A DNA stretch of 64,000 nucleotides from an uncultured Bacteroidota bacterium. GTDB lineage: Bacteria; Bacteroidota; Bacteroidia; Chitinophagales; Chitinophagaceae. Made by a program: the position numbers and the translations under genes. The notes under the pieces are model-generated. The model did not search any database. It was given only the letters and a program-made list of their open reading frames with translations, and had not been told where the DNA came from. Positions 19,201-28,223 of this stretch are shown one piece after another; position 1 is the first letter of the stretch; every line of letters begins with the position of its first letter. The DNA lies in NCBI GenBank assembly GCA_903927975.1, contig CAIYPC010000520.1, forward strand, positions 8,588-72,587, read 5' to 3'.

Positions 19201-20144
19201 GCTGTAGTTCTTTCAAGCTTGCCAAGTTTAAAAATTTTTACGATTGGAAGATATATGATGAACAGCAGCACAAGCACCGCCATAAATGTTGTGTAGCCCA
19301 AAGGGATTTCTTTATATGCTGCCGAATAATTGCTGAGGCTTATAAGTCCCGAAAGAATGATCCTTTCTTTGCCCAGTTGAAATGGATAAAGAAACAATTT
19401 ATAGGGGTTGCCTTCAATCGTTACATTTTGCACATTCAGAAGGCTGAACCCACCTTTATTTTTAAAAAGGCTATCAGTTTTCACCTGATAATCTAAAGGC
19501 AGGTTAGCCGAATTATAAATAATAATATCCTGGTTCAATTTGCCATTGTTCTTTGCATCTTTTTGATCATCCGTTTTAAGATTGATATTAAGACGACAAC
19601 TATCATATAACGATAGTCCGGAATTGTCAACTAATTTTCCGCGTATAAGAATAAAATCATTAAAAATATCTTTATAGTTAGATATCAGTTGATCAAGAAT
19701 GGAATCAAGATTTTTTGAGAGCCCAACAATTTTTGAACAGTCTTTTTTAGTGATGGAATGTACCATATAAGTCAACTGCCACTTTCTAGTCAGTTCATCT
19801 TGGGTAAGTATGGGCTGATCTACTTTATACGAATCTTTCGAGCTGGATCCTTTCCCCATGCCAGTAAACCCATTATTTGCAAAAAAATCTGTGAGCGACT
19901 CTAAATTAATTTGTTTCCCATCCTTAGCATAGTTGCTTATCGCTTGAATATAGCCTTCGTTCCTGACCGTCAAAGCTTGCTGAATTTGTGCTAGTTCACG
20001 AAATGCACTGTGATGATATTCATTTTGTTTTTCGGGAAGAAATTTTAGATAATACAAGCTTAAAACTCCCACAATACAACCCGTGATGATAGCAAAGGAT
20101 GTCAATTTAAGACGCAGAAGTTTTTTCTCAGATAGATCACTCAT
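16290..20144 (-). CDS. Large polytopic membrane protein (1284 aa) with two extracytoplasmic Cache-like regions; function unknown
   Basis: Alternating TM clusters and two long soluble regions (YNFSIVNGDGQILYDS is PAS/Cache-like); C-terminal FYEQIWNGLDKTQKFILYDFAEDG..LLRLLNQGII; no kinase or cyclase motif seen. Confidence 0.55.
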   Translation of the reverse strand: MSDLSEKKLLRLKLTSFAIITGCIVGVLSLYYLKFLPEKQNEYHHSAFRELAQIQQALTVRNEGYIQAISNYAKDGKQINLESLTDFFANNGFTGMGKGSSSKDSYKVDQPILTQDELTRKWQLTYMVHSITKKDCSKIVGLSKNLDSILDQLISNYKDIFNDFILIRGKLVDNSGLSLYDSCRLNINLKTDDQKDAKNNGKLNQDIIIYNSANLPLDYQVKTDSLFKNKGGFSLLNVQNVTIEGNPYKLFLYPFQLGKERIILSGLISLSNYSAAYKEIPLGYTTFMAVLVLLFIIYLPIVKIFKLGKLERTTAMDIRLLIATYFIGAFVLFFLLFKLFLDKNQTHKNKTNLEILSEKVNDNFRSEILAMCRQLKSFDQSVPNFRHYKNEDNPLNGLVSYEADTCKERHLHDSELDDVFNPVLYPYLDQLFWIDSLGIAKATRAYKKNYGKTPLVDVRGREYFTDFVQKRFLTIDDTFSKATDTFTIQPTLDKLDGEYIINVIMRSDPQNNDVWQYVFHQKCMVPGPYMPVKLIGLSSKMHSVCNPVLPPGYNFSIVNGDGQILYDSKSGRALLSNFLNGIENPSKLYQSIKYRSSIFLDHLTLRGREVSLLSSPIKDFPYTLLIYYKNADSDSYEEHLISLTAFCTFFSLILVLGSSIMNQCFKKRRSLLQAPSLNFDWLYPLQKKKYYYQHLIRFMLMSFFLYILAWVVAAFCYPKMEFIMFFITLIFPFSIALLYFLIRKKYSDEELKELGTTSNNFQFKALLSYLLMMIATLNFLYLFSQPDFHKNFLLLLFFQIISGGLNYWSYHSFTKKSSGNDEASFLRQYVWAILIGVFMISIIPAVGIFCLIYRQEHSLELNNEQLYLARCIQLRGLEINKRAAKYKYGGRQAFNSGQLDFLKFQLGIYSLNGISVVYRTPDKNDLDTLSIAPAYTRLHSLFFPEDSVTLTGQRSQYTASDGSWYFRQTEKDDQNEPRLLYKNLQDGYTSHFIKLNLDDMANYNSVHLLEADIACLTPSPGLFLAFALSVFVLISIGCYYLSRSLAERLFLRDLWLIYSTKKNPNNITLDKNYFFRQITERYANDKALQSILILPSPLDLNAVYKYETEALIKYNDEKVFYMKDLMKIFYEQIWNGLDKTQKFILYDFAEDGFTNYKADYILLRLLNQGIIKFDDQRLCLMTPSFREYILQMSDDKDVVQNMERAKKQDYWKMIKTPLLLLLTGIGIFIFISQQETYQKITGILTTLCTVIPLISSLFNLKNGNGTEKKKEKHKGKDDKKSSDQ

Positions 20145-20347
20145 TGCAATAACGGCTTTAGTTCAGTAGAAATTTCGCATTTAAGTTCCTACATAATCCT
20201 CATCTCAACAATACCCTTTTAGGGGTATATGGTAAGCAAAAAAATGAATGAATATTAAATTAGAATTTTGAGAGAATGACAGCGATTTATTTTAGGAGAA
20301 AGCTTTACATATTTTATCGAAGCAAATGTTCTATTAAAGAACATTTT

Positions 20348-20378
20348 TTTGTTTTATTATTAAACATTTTTAATTTTG
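20348..20378 (+). promoter_or_regulatory. Bacteroidota sigma-A promoter (-33/-7) of the antitoxin-toxin operon
   Basis: TTTG (20348-51), a 19-nt spacer, then TAATTTTG (20371-78), 20 nt upstream of ATG 20399. Confidence 0.65.
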
Positions 20379-20398
20379 TGTAAAACTCAATCTAAAAC

Positions 20399-21199
20399 AT
20401 GTCAACATCTGTTTCACAAAAAGAAATAGGCAAAAGAATCATGGAAATGCGCAAAGCAAAAGGATGGTCGCAGGAAGAGCTTGCGCAAAACCTCGACATT
20501 CCCAGAACAGCCATTGTTCAGATTGAACAGGGCAATCGGTTTATGGATGTTCAGGAGCTGTATAGGCTTTCGATCATCCTACAATTTTCAATGGATGAAT
20601 TTTTATCGAAAGAATTTCAGCCAGCACACAAAGAAGAACTAAAAGAAACAAAAGCAACGAAGCAAAAACAAGAAGAACGCATTGTTGTGCCGGAAATGAA
20701 CTTGACAAAATTCAAAAATGTGCTGTTGTATATTTTGGAAAAATGCGCGGGCAAGCCCAATGTGGGCGAGACAGTTTTGTATAAGCTGCTTTATTTTTCC
20801 GATTTCAATTATTATGAATTGTATGAAGAGCATCTCTCCGGCGCTCGTTACCGCAAGCTACCATTCGGTCCGGTACCGCGTCGATTTGAGAGCATCGTGA
20901 ATTCAATGATTGAAAAAGAAGAATTGAAAAAAATTAAAACGGAATATTTTGATAAAACACAAACCCGTTACATTCCGTTGGTGAAACCTGATTTAACGAA
21001 ATTCCAGGCAAGCGAAAAAGAAGTGATTGATCGGGTGATTGAACAAATGAGCGACTGGAGCGCTTCGGGCATCAGCAATTATTCGCACAACGACATGCCA
21101 TGGAAAGCCTCGAAGGAAGGTGATGAAATAAGTTACGAGCTTGCTTTCTACCGCAGGCCGCCCTATTCTGTAAGAGCTTATAAAGAAGACGATGAATGA
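20399..21199 (+). CDS. Xre HTH + Panacea (DUF4065/SocA-like) antitoxin
   Basis: IGKRIMEMRKAKGWSQEELAQNLDIPRTAIVQIEQGNR (Xre HTH); LYKLLYFSDF, KLPFGPVP, ISNYSHNDMPW (Panacea motifs). Confidence 0.88.
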   Translation: MSTSVSQKEIGKRIMEMRKAKGWSQEELAQNLDIPRTAIVQIEQGNRFMDVQELYRLSIILQFSMDEFLSKEFQPAHKEELKETKATKQKQEERIVVPEMNLTKFKNVLLYILEKCAGKPNVGETVLYKLLYFSDFNYYELYEEHLSGARYRKLPFGPVPRRFESIVNSMIEKEELKKIKTEYFDKTQTRYIPLVKPDLTKFQASEKEVIDRVIEQMSDWSASGISNYSHNDMPWKASKEGDEISYELAFYRRPPYSVRAYKEDDE

Positions 21200-21545
21200 G
21201 ATAACCTTTGAAGAATTGGCAGAGTATAGTAAAGACCTGAAACAGTTGCTGAAGAAATTCAGGAGCCTCTCCGATGACATTGCTGAATTGAAAAAAGTTT
21301 TAACGGTAGAGCCAGACGCTGTGCCACCATTCAGTTTTCACATTGATGGGCTCGGCATAACAACTTGTGTTATTAAAGTGAAAAAGATTGCCTGCCGCTC
21401 ATTAAAAGGTCGTGGCGTGAACAGCGGACTCCGATTGATTTATGCTTGGTTTGAAACAGAGCGAAGAATTGTGATGGTGGAGATTTATCATAAGAATGAA
21501 AAGGAAGTAGAGGATAGGGTGAGGATAAAGAGATATTTTAAATGA
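21192..21545 (+). CDS. RelE/HigB-like toxin
   Basis: 117 aa; overlaps the antitoxin 3' end by 8 nt; KVKKIACRSLKGRGVNSGLRLIY...VEIYHKNEKE resembles the RelE-family GKSGGxRVIY...IYxK pattern. Confidence 0.75.
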   Translation: MNEITFEELAEYSKDLKQLLKKFRSLSDDIAELKKVLTVEPDAVPPFSFHIDGLGITTCVIKVKKIACRSLKGRGVNSGLRLIYAWFETERRIVMVEIYHKNEKEVEDRVRIKRYFK

Positions 21546-22524
21546 AGGGAACGTAAACGGCCAGGCTATATACCACTCAACGATACTAAATTATTTAGTA
21601 GCGTTGAGAAATTCTATATATTTATGTATTAAAAACTCAGCTATGAAAAAAGAATTGATATCAGAATTATTTACAAAGTTTGAACAAGCCTGCTATGATT
21701 ATAAAGGCGTTGAATGTTGGAGCGCAAGAGAGTTGCAGGAAATTTTTGGCTATTCAGAATGGCGCAATTTTTTGAAAGTTCTAGATAAGGCAAAAGAAGC
21801 GTGCAGCAATGCCGGAGAAAAGGTAGCTAACCATTTTGTTGATATCAACAAAATGGTACGTTTAGGAAGCGGCGCTGACAGAGAAATTGAAGATATCGCA
21901 CTCACACGATATGCCTGTTATCTAGTAGCACAAAATGGTGATGCTGCAAAATCGTCAATAGCTTTTGCGCAGACTTATTTTGCTGTGCAAACGCGTAAGC
22001 AAGAAATTATTGAGCAGCGTTTACTTGATGTGGCAAGAGTTGCTGCAAGAGAAAAGCTTTCAAAAGCGGAGAAAAAATTATCGGGAATTATTTATGAACG
22101 TGGCGTGGATGATAAAGGCTTTGCCATTATCCGTTCAAAGGGTGACCAAGCCTTATTTGGTGGCTTTAGCACAAATGATATGAAACGAAACCTGGGTGTG
22201 CCAAGCAGCAAGGCATTAGCAGATTTTTTGCCAACGCTCACCATCAAAGCAAAAGATTTTGCAACAGAGCTCACCAGTCATAATGTGCTTGAAAAAGATT
22301 TAAAAGGTGATGATGCGATCAGCAAAGAACATGTTGATAATAATCTTGCGGTGCGCAAAATGCTGAAGGAGCGTGGTGTGCAACCGGAAGCACTGCCTGC
22401 TGTTGAAGATGTAAAGAAAATTCAGCGAAGATTAGAAGGTGAAGAGAAGAAGATTTTGAAAGGGAAGAAATCATAAGAAGAAAGAAGATGGAAGATAGAG
22501 TGAGGATAAAGAAATATTTTAAAT
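21510..22524 (+). repeat. 34-bp imperfect direct repeat (21510-21543 and 22491-22524) flanking dinD
   Basis: gaggatagggtgaggataaagagatattttaaat vs gaagatagagtgaggataaagaaatattttaaat, 31/34 identical. Confidence 0.85.
21643..22476 (+). CDS. dinD: DNA damage-inducible protein D (Bro-N + DinD domain)
   Basis: MKKELISE start (ATG 21643); WSARELQEIFGYSEWRNF, LTRYACYLVAQNGD, FAQTYFAVQTRKQE, EHVDNNLAVRKML. Confidence 0.9.
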   Translation: MKKELISELFTKFEQACYDYKGVECWSARELQEIFGYSEWRNFLKVLDKAKEACSNAGEKVANHFVDINKMVRLGSGADREIEDIALTRYACYLVAQNGDAAKSSIAFAQTYFAVQTRKQEIIEQRLLDVARVAAREKLSKAEKKLSGIIYERGVDDKGFAIIRSKGDQALFGGFSTNDMKRNLGVPSSKALADFLPTLTIKAKDFATELTSHNVLEKDLKGDDAISKEHVDNNLAVRKMLKERGVQPEALPAVEDVKKIQRRLEGEEKKILKGKKS

Positions 22525-22566
22525 AATTTAGATAAACATTTACTCCATTAAACCAATTCTTTCTTT

Positions 22567-24678
22567 ATGAGTATTGAAAAAGGAATTTCAAATAGCCAAC
22601 AGAATAATAAAAAATCTGAAACTCAGCAATGGTTTAAAAAACTTATTCAAGCTGAAGAATATGTTGGCGAACTTTATTCAATAAACTATGAAACTGCAAG
22701 AGTAATTATTCACGATAGTGAAAGAAGAAAAGTTGGTGGTATTCCAAGCTTAAGTTTTTTGATTGCATCAAGAATTGACCCAGCAAATTCTAACGATATG
22801 GATTTTAAATCGGAAGATGCATCATTCATTTTGTTGCGTGTTATGGATAGTGCACCATTGCCTCAAGACAAAGAAGCCGAAAGAATAAGAGTTGAAACAG
22901 CGCAGCGAGTAAGTGGCGAAATTGAAAGGCATTGGGATGGGGACGGAGCAATGGATGCAAAGACTCGTGTCTTACTGGGATATGCTGGTGTAGAGTGTAG
23001 GATAATTGGGACTTTTTTCTTAGAGGAAAAAGCAGGAAATTCGGAGGCGCCATTAGCATTAAAGTTTGGCAGCGACATTGCAAATTATTATCCGAACAGA
23101 GGATTAAAAGTTTTCAAACCAAATGCAGCAGCACTTGAAGAAATTGTCAACTATTGCGATCCTTCAAACAAACAAGAACACCGAGACAAATACAAGAACA
23201 CTGAAACAGTAAAACTTGGTTTTGTTCGCTACGCTTCAACAAACAGAAAGTATCAGCAAATAGATGATGTTCCAGTTTTTATTTATCCAGCTGACTTGTT
23301 AAGTCAAAAATCTGCATTGTTCGGAATGACACGAACAGGTAAATCTAACACAACTAAAATAATTGCTAAGTCAGTTTTTGAATTGCGAACTCCTACAAAG
23401 CGAGAGGACACGCCTTTACGAATCGGGCAAATTATTTTTGACCCAAATGGAGAATACGCCAATGAAAATGTTCAGGACAATAACTCTGCATTAAAAAATA
23501 TTTGGCAACTAATTCCAAATGCAGTTAGACAAAATGAAGTGATTACATATGGCATTACCCCACACCCAAGCGACCCGAACAGAATTTTAATGTTGCTCAA
23601 CTTTTATTTAGATGACAATCTTCAAATTGGCAAAGAAATTATTGATAACATACTTTCAGAAGACAGTACTACCTATATTAAGAACTTTGTACAAGTTGGC
23701 TTTGAAGCACCTGATCCAGATGACAGAAGTGCAACAACAAGACACAACAGACGAGTTATAGCTTATCGTTCTGTCTTAGCAAGAGCAGGTTTTTCAGTTC
23801 CTGCCAACCTTAGAGCAACAACCCGTGGACTTTTTAATCAGCAGCTAATTACTGCGATGCAAACAAGTACAAGCAACAATGCTCCAGAATATCAATCGGC
23901 AGCACAAATATTCTCAACCGCAAATCCAGCATGGGGACAACTTGCAAATGCTTTTGAATCATTAGATAAGTTTATGAGAGACCGTGATAGTGGATATCAA
24001 GCATTTGAATCTGCATATGTTACAAGAGCAGGTGGTTCAGGTGACAGATGGGCTGATGAAGATTTAAAAAAAATAATTGGAATATTTCAATACGCTAATG
24101 GGACAAGAAAAATTGGTAAGGCTGCCGAACAACATAGTGCAGATACAAACAATGATTATGCTCAAGACATTTACGCTCATCTTGTAGCAGGCAAACTTGT
24201 AATCATTGACCAATCAAGTGGAGAACCCGAATTGAATAAATCATCCGCTAACAGAATCATGACAAAAATTTTCAGAGAAAATCAAAGACAATTCATTCAA
24301 GGTTCGACAAGCATCCCTGAAATTTTAGTTTACATAGAAGAAGCACACAATATTTTACCTGCTGGAAATGATTTGGACCTTCTAGAAATTTGGGTGCGAA
24401 CAGCAAAGGAAGGTGCAAAGTATCGTATTGGAATGGTTTACGCGACACAAGAAGTTAGCAGTATTCAAAAAAATATATTACGCAATACTTCAAACTGGTT
24501 TATTGCTCATTTGAATAACACTGATGAAACAAAAGAATTGTGCAAGTATTACGACTTTGCTGACTTTGAACCATCCATCAGACGAGCACAAGACAAAGGG
24601 TTTTTAAGAGTGAAAACTTTAAGCAACCCATTTGTAATTCCAGTTCAAGTAGATAAATTTCAAGTAGGAAAATCATGA
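22567..24678 (+). CDS. herA: HerA/FtsK-superfamily ATPase (HAS barrel + DUF87)
   Basis: N-terminal HAS-barrel-like region; Walker [22 protein letters not shown], Walker [14 protein letters not shown] motif. Confidence 0.88.
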   Translation: MSIEKGISNSQQNNKKSETQQWFKKLIQAEEYVGELYSINYETARVIIHDSERRKVGGIPSLSFLIASRIDPANSNDMDFKSEDASFILLRVMDSAPLPQDKEAERIRVETAQRVSGEIERHWDGDGAMDAKTRVLLGYAGVECRIIGTFFLEEKAGNSEAPLALKFGSDIANYYPNRGLKVFKPNAAALEEIVNYCDPSNKQEHRDKYKNTETVKLGFVRYASTNRKYQQIDDVPVFIYPADLLSQKSALFGMTRTGKSNTTKIIAKSVFELRTPTKREDTPLRIGQIIFDPNGEYANENVQDNNSALKNIWQLIPNAVRQNEVITYGITPHPSDPNRILMLLNFYLDDNLQIGKEIIDNILSEDSTTYIKNFVQVGFEAPDPDDRSATTRHNRRVIAYRSVLARAGFSVPANLRATTRGLFNQQLITAMQTSTSNNAPEYQSAAQIFSTANPAWGQLANAFESLDKFMRDRDSGYQAFESAYVTRAGGSGDRWADEDLKKIIGIFQYANGTRKIGKAAEQHSADTNNDYAQDIYAHLVAGKLVIIDQSSGEPELNKSSANRIMTKIFRENQRQFIQGSTSIPEILVYIEEAHNILPAGNDLDLLEIWVRTAKEGAKYRIGMVYATQEVSSIQKNILRNTSNWFIAHLNNTDETKELCKYYDFADFEPSIRRAQDKGFLRVKTLSNPFVIPVQVDKFQVGKS

Positions 24679-26042
24679 GCTTTGAAGGAGAATTTGCAAG
24701 CTACGAACCGCTAAGACGAGTTCTTGACAGTGCTAAAGTAAAAGCCTTGCAAGACCGTTTGCGTATTCGCAAACCTGAGGAGCAAGTAGAAAACATTGAA
24801 GGTTTGTTGACACAGAAAAGTGATTTAACACAAAGTGATTTACAACCCGATTTAGTTCTTGCAATTGACGGAAGTAATCTTGCAGCGAAAGCCGTAAACG
24901 GTTTCCCTGGGGCAGAGTTCGGTTACATTACAATTGCATCCGTTTTGATTGATTTAAATCTTGTAAGAGACCTTGAAAAAAATGATTTCATTAGTCCAAA
25001 AAAATTTCGTGAGACGGAGAAAGCATCTACAATCGAAAGTGTCTTCCCAGGTTGCAATGTAATACTTGATTCGGAAAAAACCGCGAAGGCATCTTTGCGG
25101 AGAGCATTATTTGAAGAATTGAAAAGTAACACAGTTTTCACGGATGGTGAAACGTTGCTTGACACATACGAACATTTATTTCGGATTAAGAGAGGTTCAA
25201 CTGAACGCCATTTACCTAAGAGCCCGATTGAAGGCTTTGAAGATGAATTTATGACTTATGATTATGGTGAATATATATGTCCGCATTCGAGCCACTCGCT
25301 ATTTTCTACTGATGCACTTCGCTTACATGAGTTAATGAATTCAGGCGGCAGCAATGGAGAAATGTTTGGACAGATAATGTCAACACTTGAAAAGCTTTGG
25401 CTCATTCATATTCTAAGAGCATTTGAAAGGAAAGGTTGGTTGGCAACTCTCCGCAGAGTTGCTTTTGTAATGGATGGACCTTTAGCAGTATTCAGTACTT
25501 CCTCATGGTTGACAAAAGTTATTGAAGTTGAACTGAAACGAATTAATGATTTACAAAAGCAAATTAATGGAGAAGATTTGCTGATAATTGGGATTGAAAA
25601 GTGAGGAACTTTCTTCAATCACTTTTTGGAAATTGACACAACACAAGACGGAATCAAAGATAAGTTTCCAAGACAATCTGCTTTGCTTCTCAATGATGAA
25701 TACATAAAACAAAACATAATCTTTTCCGAAAGCACAAAGCCATACGGGCAAGACACTTATTTTGGAAGAAAATTTTTTTACAAAGCAGCATCAGGACAAA
25801 AGATTGTTCCAGTAGTTGCATATTTTAATGACCACCAAAAAAACTTAGACACAGCAAGACCCGATCAATTCACACGACTTGCTGATGTCATGAATTTACT
25901 TGACCAACTTGCATCAAGCAGACATCCAAATTCTGTTTCGCCACTTATTTCTGCTCATGCAGAAGCATCTATTCCATTGAACTTAGGCAAAAGAATTTTT
26001 GAGGATATTGCGAGAGAAATCAGAGGGAGAACTAACGCATGA
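24675..26042 (+). pseudogene. nurA: NurA-family nuclease interrupted by one in-frame TGA (ORFs 24675-25604 and 25626-26042 share a frame)
   Basis: LAIDGS, FVMDGPL, IIGIEK*GTFFNHF and the C-terminal PLISAHAE motif; 455 aa if read through; ATGA overlaps with herA and with the MTase. Confidence 0.8.
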
Positions 26043-27166
26043 TAGAAACACAAAAAATATTGAAAGGTTTTACAATTGCCGAAGCAAGATGGGCAAGGTT
26101 TGGACCCTACTATGCGATGTTTCCGCTTGAATTTGCGTTTGATGTTGTAGAGAAATTTTCAAAAGAAGGCGACTACATCCTTGACCCATTTGCGGGAAGG
26201 TGCAGCAGTATTTTCGCAGGAGGAGTTTTAGGAAGAAACAGTTTAGGCATTGAAATCAATCCTGTTGGTTGGCTTTACGGCTCAGTTAAACTCGAACCTG
26301 CAGATAAAGAAGAAGTGACAGACCGTTTACTTGAAATTTACGGTAAGCGAAATTATTACAGCAGAGCTGTTGAACGAATGCCAGAATTTTTCAGAATATG
26401 TTATTGCGACGAGGTTCTCAAATTTTTATTAGCGGCGCGAACACACCTTGACTGGAAAAAAAATAATGTTGATGCGACCCTCATTTCAATCATCCTGATT
26501 TACCTACACGCAAAACTTGGTGAAGGTTTATCAAATCAAATGAGAATGACAAAATCAATGGGCATGAACTACTCTGTTAAGTGGTGGAAGAAAAATAAAA
26601 TGAAGACACCACCAGAGATAAACCCTTGCGATTTCATTCTTAAAAAAATTGATTGGCGTTATGAGAAAGGTAAGCCGACAATTACAGAAAGTGCCGTTGT
26701 GTTTGGTGATAGTGCAAATGAACTCAAAACCATTTCTGAAAGAGCAATTAAAAACGATATAAAATTTTCTCTGCTTTTTACTTCGCCGCCTTATTGCTCT
26801 ATCACTGACTATCATGCTGATCAGTGGCTACGACTTTGGCTCTTAGGGGGAGAAGCAAATGGAAATTCGCTGAAAGAAAAATACAAGGGAAGATTTATAA
26901 ACAAACAAGAGTATCACGACTTGCTTGACAATGTATTTGGGCTTTGCTCAAAGGTGATGAAGCGTAAAAGCACAGTCTATGTTCGGACAGACAAGAGAGA
27001 ATTTACTTTTAATACAACTTTAGATATTTTGAAAAAATATTTTCCAAAACACAATGTCCAAGTCATCGACAAACCATTGAAGAAAGACACTAAAACACAG
27101 ACAAAACTTTATGGTGACAAATCAATGAAGCCGGGGGAAGTTGATATAATTCTCACGAGAGAATAA
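26039..27166 (+). CDS. Amino-DNA methyltransferase, probably N4-cytosine, alpha motif order
   Basis: FGPYYAMFP, motif I ILDPFAGR..GIEINP in the N-terminal part, catalytic motif IV FTSPPY in the C-terminal part. Confidence 0.85.
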   Translation: MIETQKILKGFTIAEARWARFGPYYAMFPLEFAFDVVEKFSKEGDYILDPFAGRCSSIFAGGVLGRNSLGIEINPVGWLYGSVKLEPADKEEVTDRLLEIYGKRNYYSRAVERMPEFFRICYCDEVLKFLLAARTHLDWKKNNVDATLISIILIYLHAKLGEGLSNQMRMTKSMGMNYSVKWWKKNKMKTPPEINPCDFILKKIDWRYEKGKPTITESAVVFGDSANELKTISERAIKNDIKFSLLFTSPPYCSITDYHADQWLRLWLLGGEANGNSLKEKYKGRFINKQEYHDLLDNVFGLCSKVMKRKSTVYVRTDKREFTFNTTLDILKKYFPKHNVQVIDKPLKKDTKTQTKLYGDKSMKPGEVDIILTRE

Positions 27167-27214
27167 TCCTTTTGCTTAAGACATAATTGAAAAATTAAAT
27201 ACCTGCCCTACCTC

Positions 27215-28018
27215 TCACCTCAACACCCCCTCCACCCCCACCAACTGAATTCCCTGATTGAACTTCATCATCTCGTTTAATAATGCTGTATGACCAGCTC
27301 CGAAAATCACAACTATTTTTTTCTCGCTGCCGTTGAGGTTTTTGAGGATGTTTTCATAGATGATCATATTTCTGCGCCACCACTCGCTCACAAGATATGA
27401 GCCGACATGATTGCCGAGTTTTCCTGCAGGCAATAACCTGAAATAAAAATCAACACCTGCAAAATTTGCTTGCGCAGAATTTTGCCAGATCAGCATTTCA
27501 CTGATTGTTGATTTTTGTATGTGTTCATTGAAAACCGTTTGCACACTATCAATCGTCTTTTGCACAAACGATAATAACGATGTTTGTCCTGCTTCATTTG
27601 CAGATTTCATCAAACTGTCAAAAGGGAAATCGGCATCGCGATAATCAACACCGTACAATGTTGATAGGTTCAAATCTTTTGCCAGCCTGAAGCCGAGCTG
27701 TTGTGTTTCATTTGCAGTAAGTGCAAGTTTTCCGGCTTTGTATTGTACAATCTGAGAATCAATTTTCGCTTGACTTTCAGGCGCGGCTTCGATAAATATT
27801 TTATCGGGAGCAAACGCTTTTAATTTGTTTACTACATCCATTACTTCTTTCTGTCGTTCTGCAGAGAGGATATCCGCATTCTTAAATTTCGCAACATCAA
27901 GACCGGGATTATCAAAATGGAAAACACCAAGCAATAAAACCTTTACTGGCTGTTTGTTTTGCGCAATGGATAAAGAAAGGGACGATAGTGCGATGAAAGT
28001 GAAAAATAATTTTCTCAT
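27215..28018 (-). CDS. DUF5694 family secreted protein
   Basis: Signal peptide; VLLLGVFHFDNPGLD, EWWRRNMIIYEN, VIFGAGH. Confidence 0.75.
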   Translation of the reverse strand: MRKLFFTFIALSSLSLSIAQNKQPVKVLLLGVFHFDNPGLDVAKFKNADILSAERQKEVMDVVNKLKAFAPDKIFIEAAPESQAKIDSQIVQYKAGKLALTANETQQLGFRLAKDLNLSTLYGVDYRDADFPFDSLMKSANEAGQTSLLSFVQKTIDSVQTVFNEHIQKSTISEMLIWQNSAQANFAGVDFYFRLLPAGKLGNHVGSYLVSEWWRRNMIIYENILKNLNGSEKKIVVIFGAGHTALLNEMMKFNQGIQLVGVEGVLR

Positions 28019-28223
28019 AAATATTTATTTTAGGTGGGGTGAGGCTATGACGACGCATTATCAAGGTTTGTTACATGCTTATGAAGTTTTCCTGATTTTC
28101 TCTTCATTCTCTTTGTTTCACCATATTTTTTTGTCAATATAGTTTTTGTCCAAGCCTTAAATATTTTATTGGCATTTTCCTTGCATAATAAAAGCAGTCT
28201 CAAAAACCTCTAAAACTATTGTC

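Noticed and set aside
21575-21610. Hairpin with ACTCAAC...GTTGAGA resembling integron attC core sites
   Set aside because: About 36 bp is shorter than known attC sites, the second core is imperfect, it is single-copy, and no integrase is in the window.
25602-25604. Selenocysteine or alternative genetic code for the nurA TGA
   Set aside because: TGA terminates neighbouring genes (herA, toxin, tatD), the position appears to be Ser/Thr rather than Cys, and no SECIS-like hairpin was evident.
20399-27166. Compositional (GC or codon) evidence of horizontal transfer for the island
   Set aside because: Not computed, and not clearly different by eye, so no claim is made.
27202-28044. G-rich tract at the DUF5694 3' end and a short complementary G-rich tract upstream of the gene
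   Set aside because: The match is only about 12 nt and imperfect; insufficient for terminal inverted repeats or a functional G-quadruplex.
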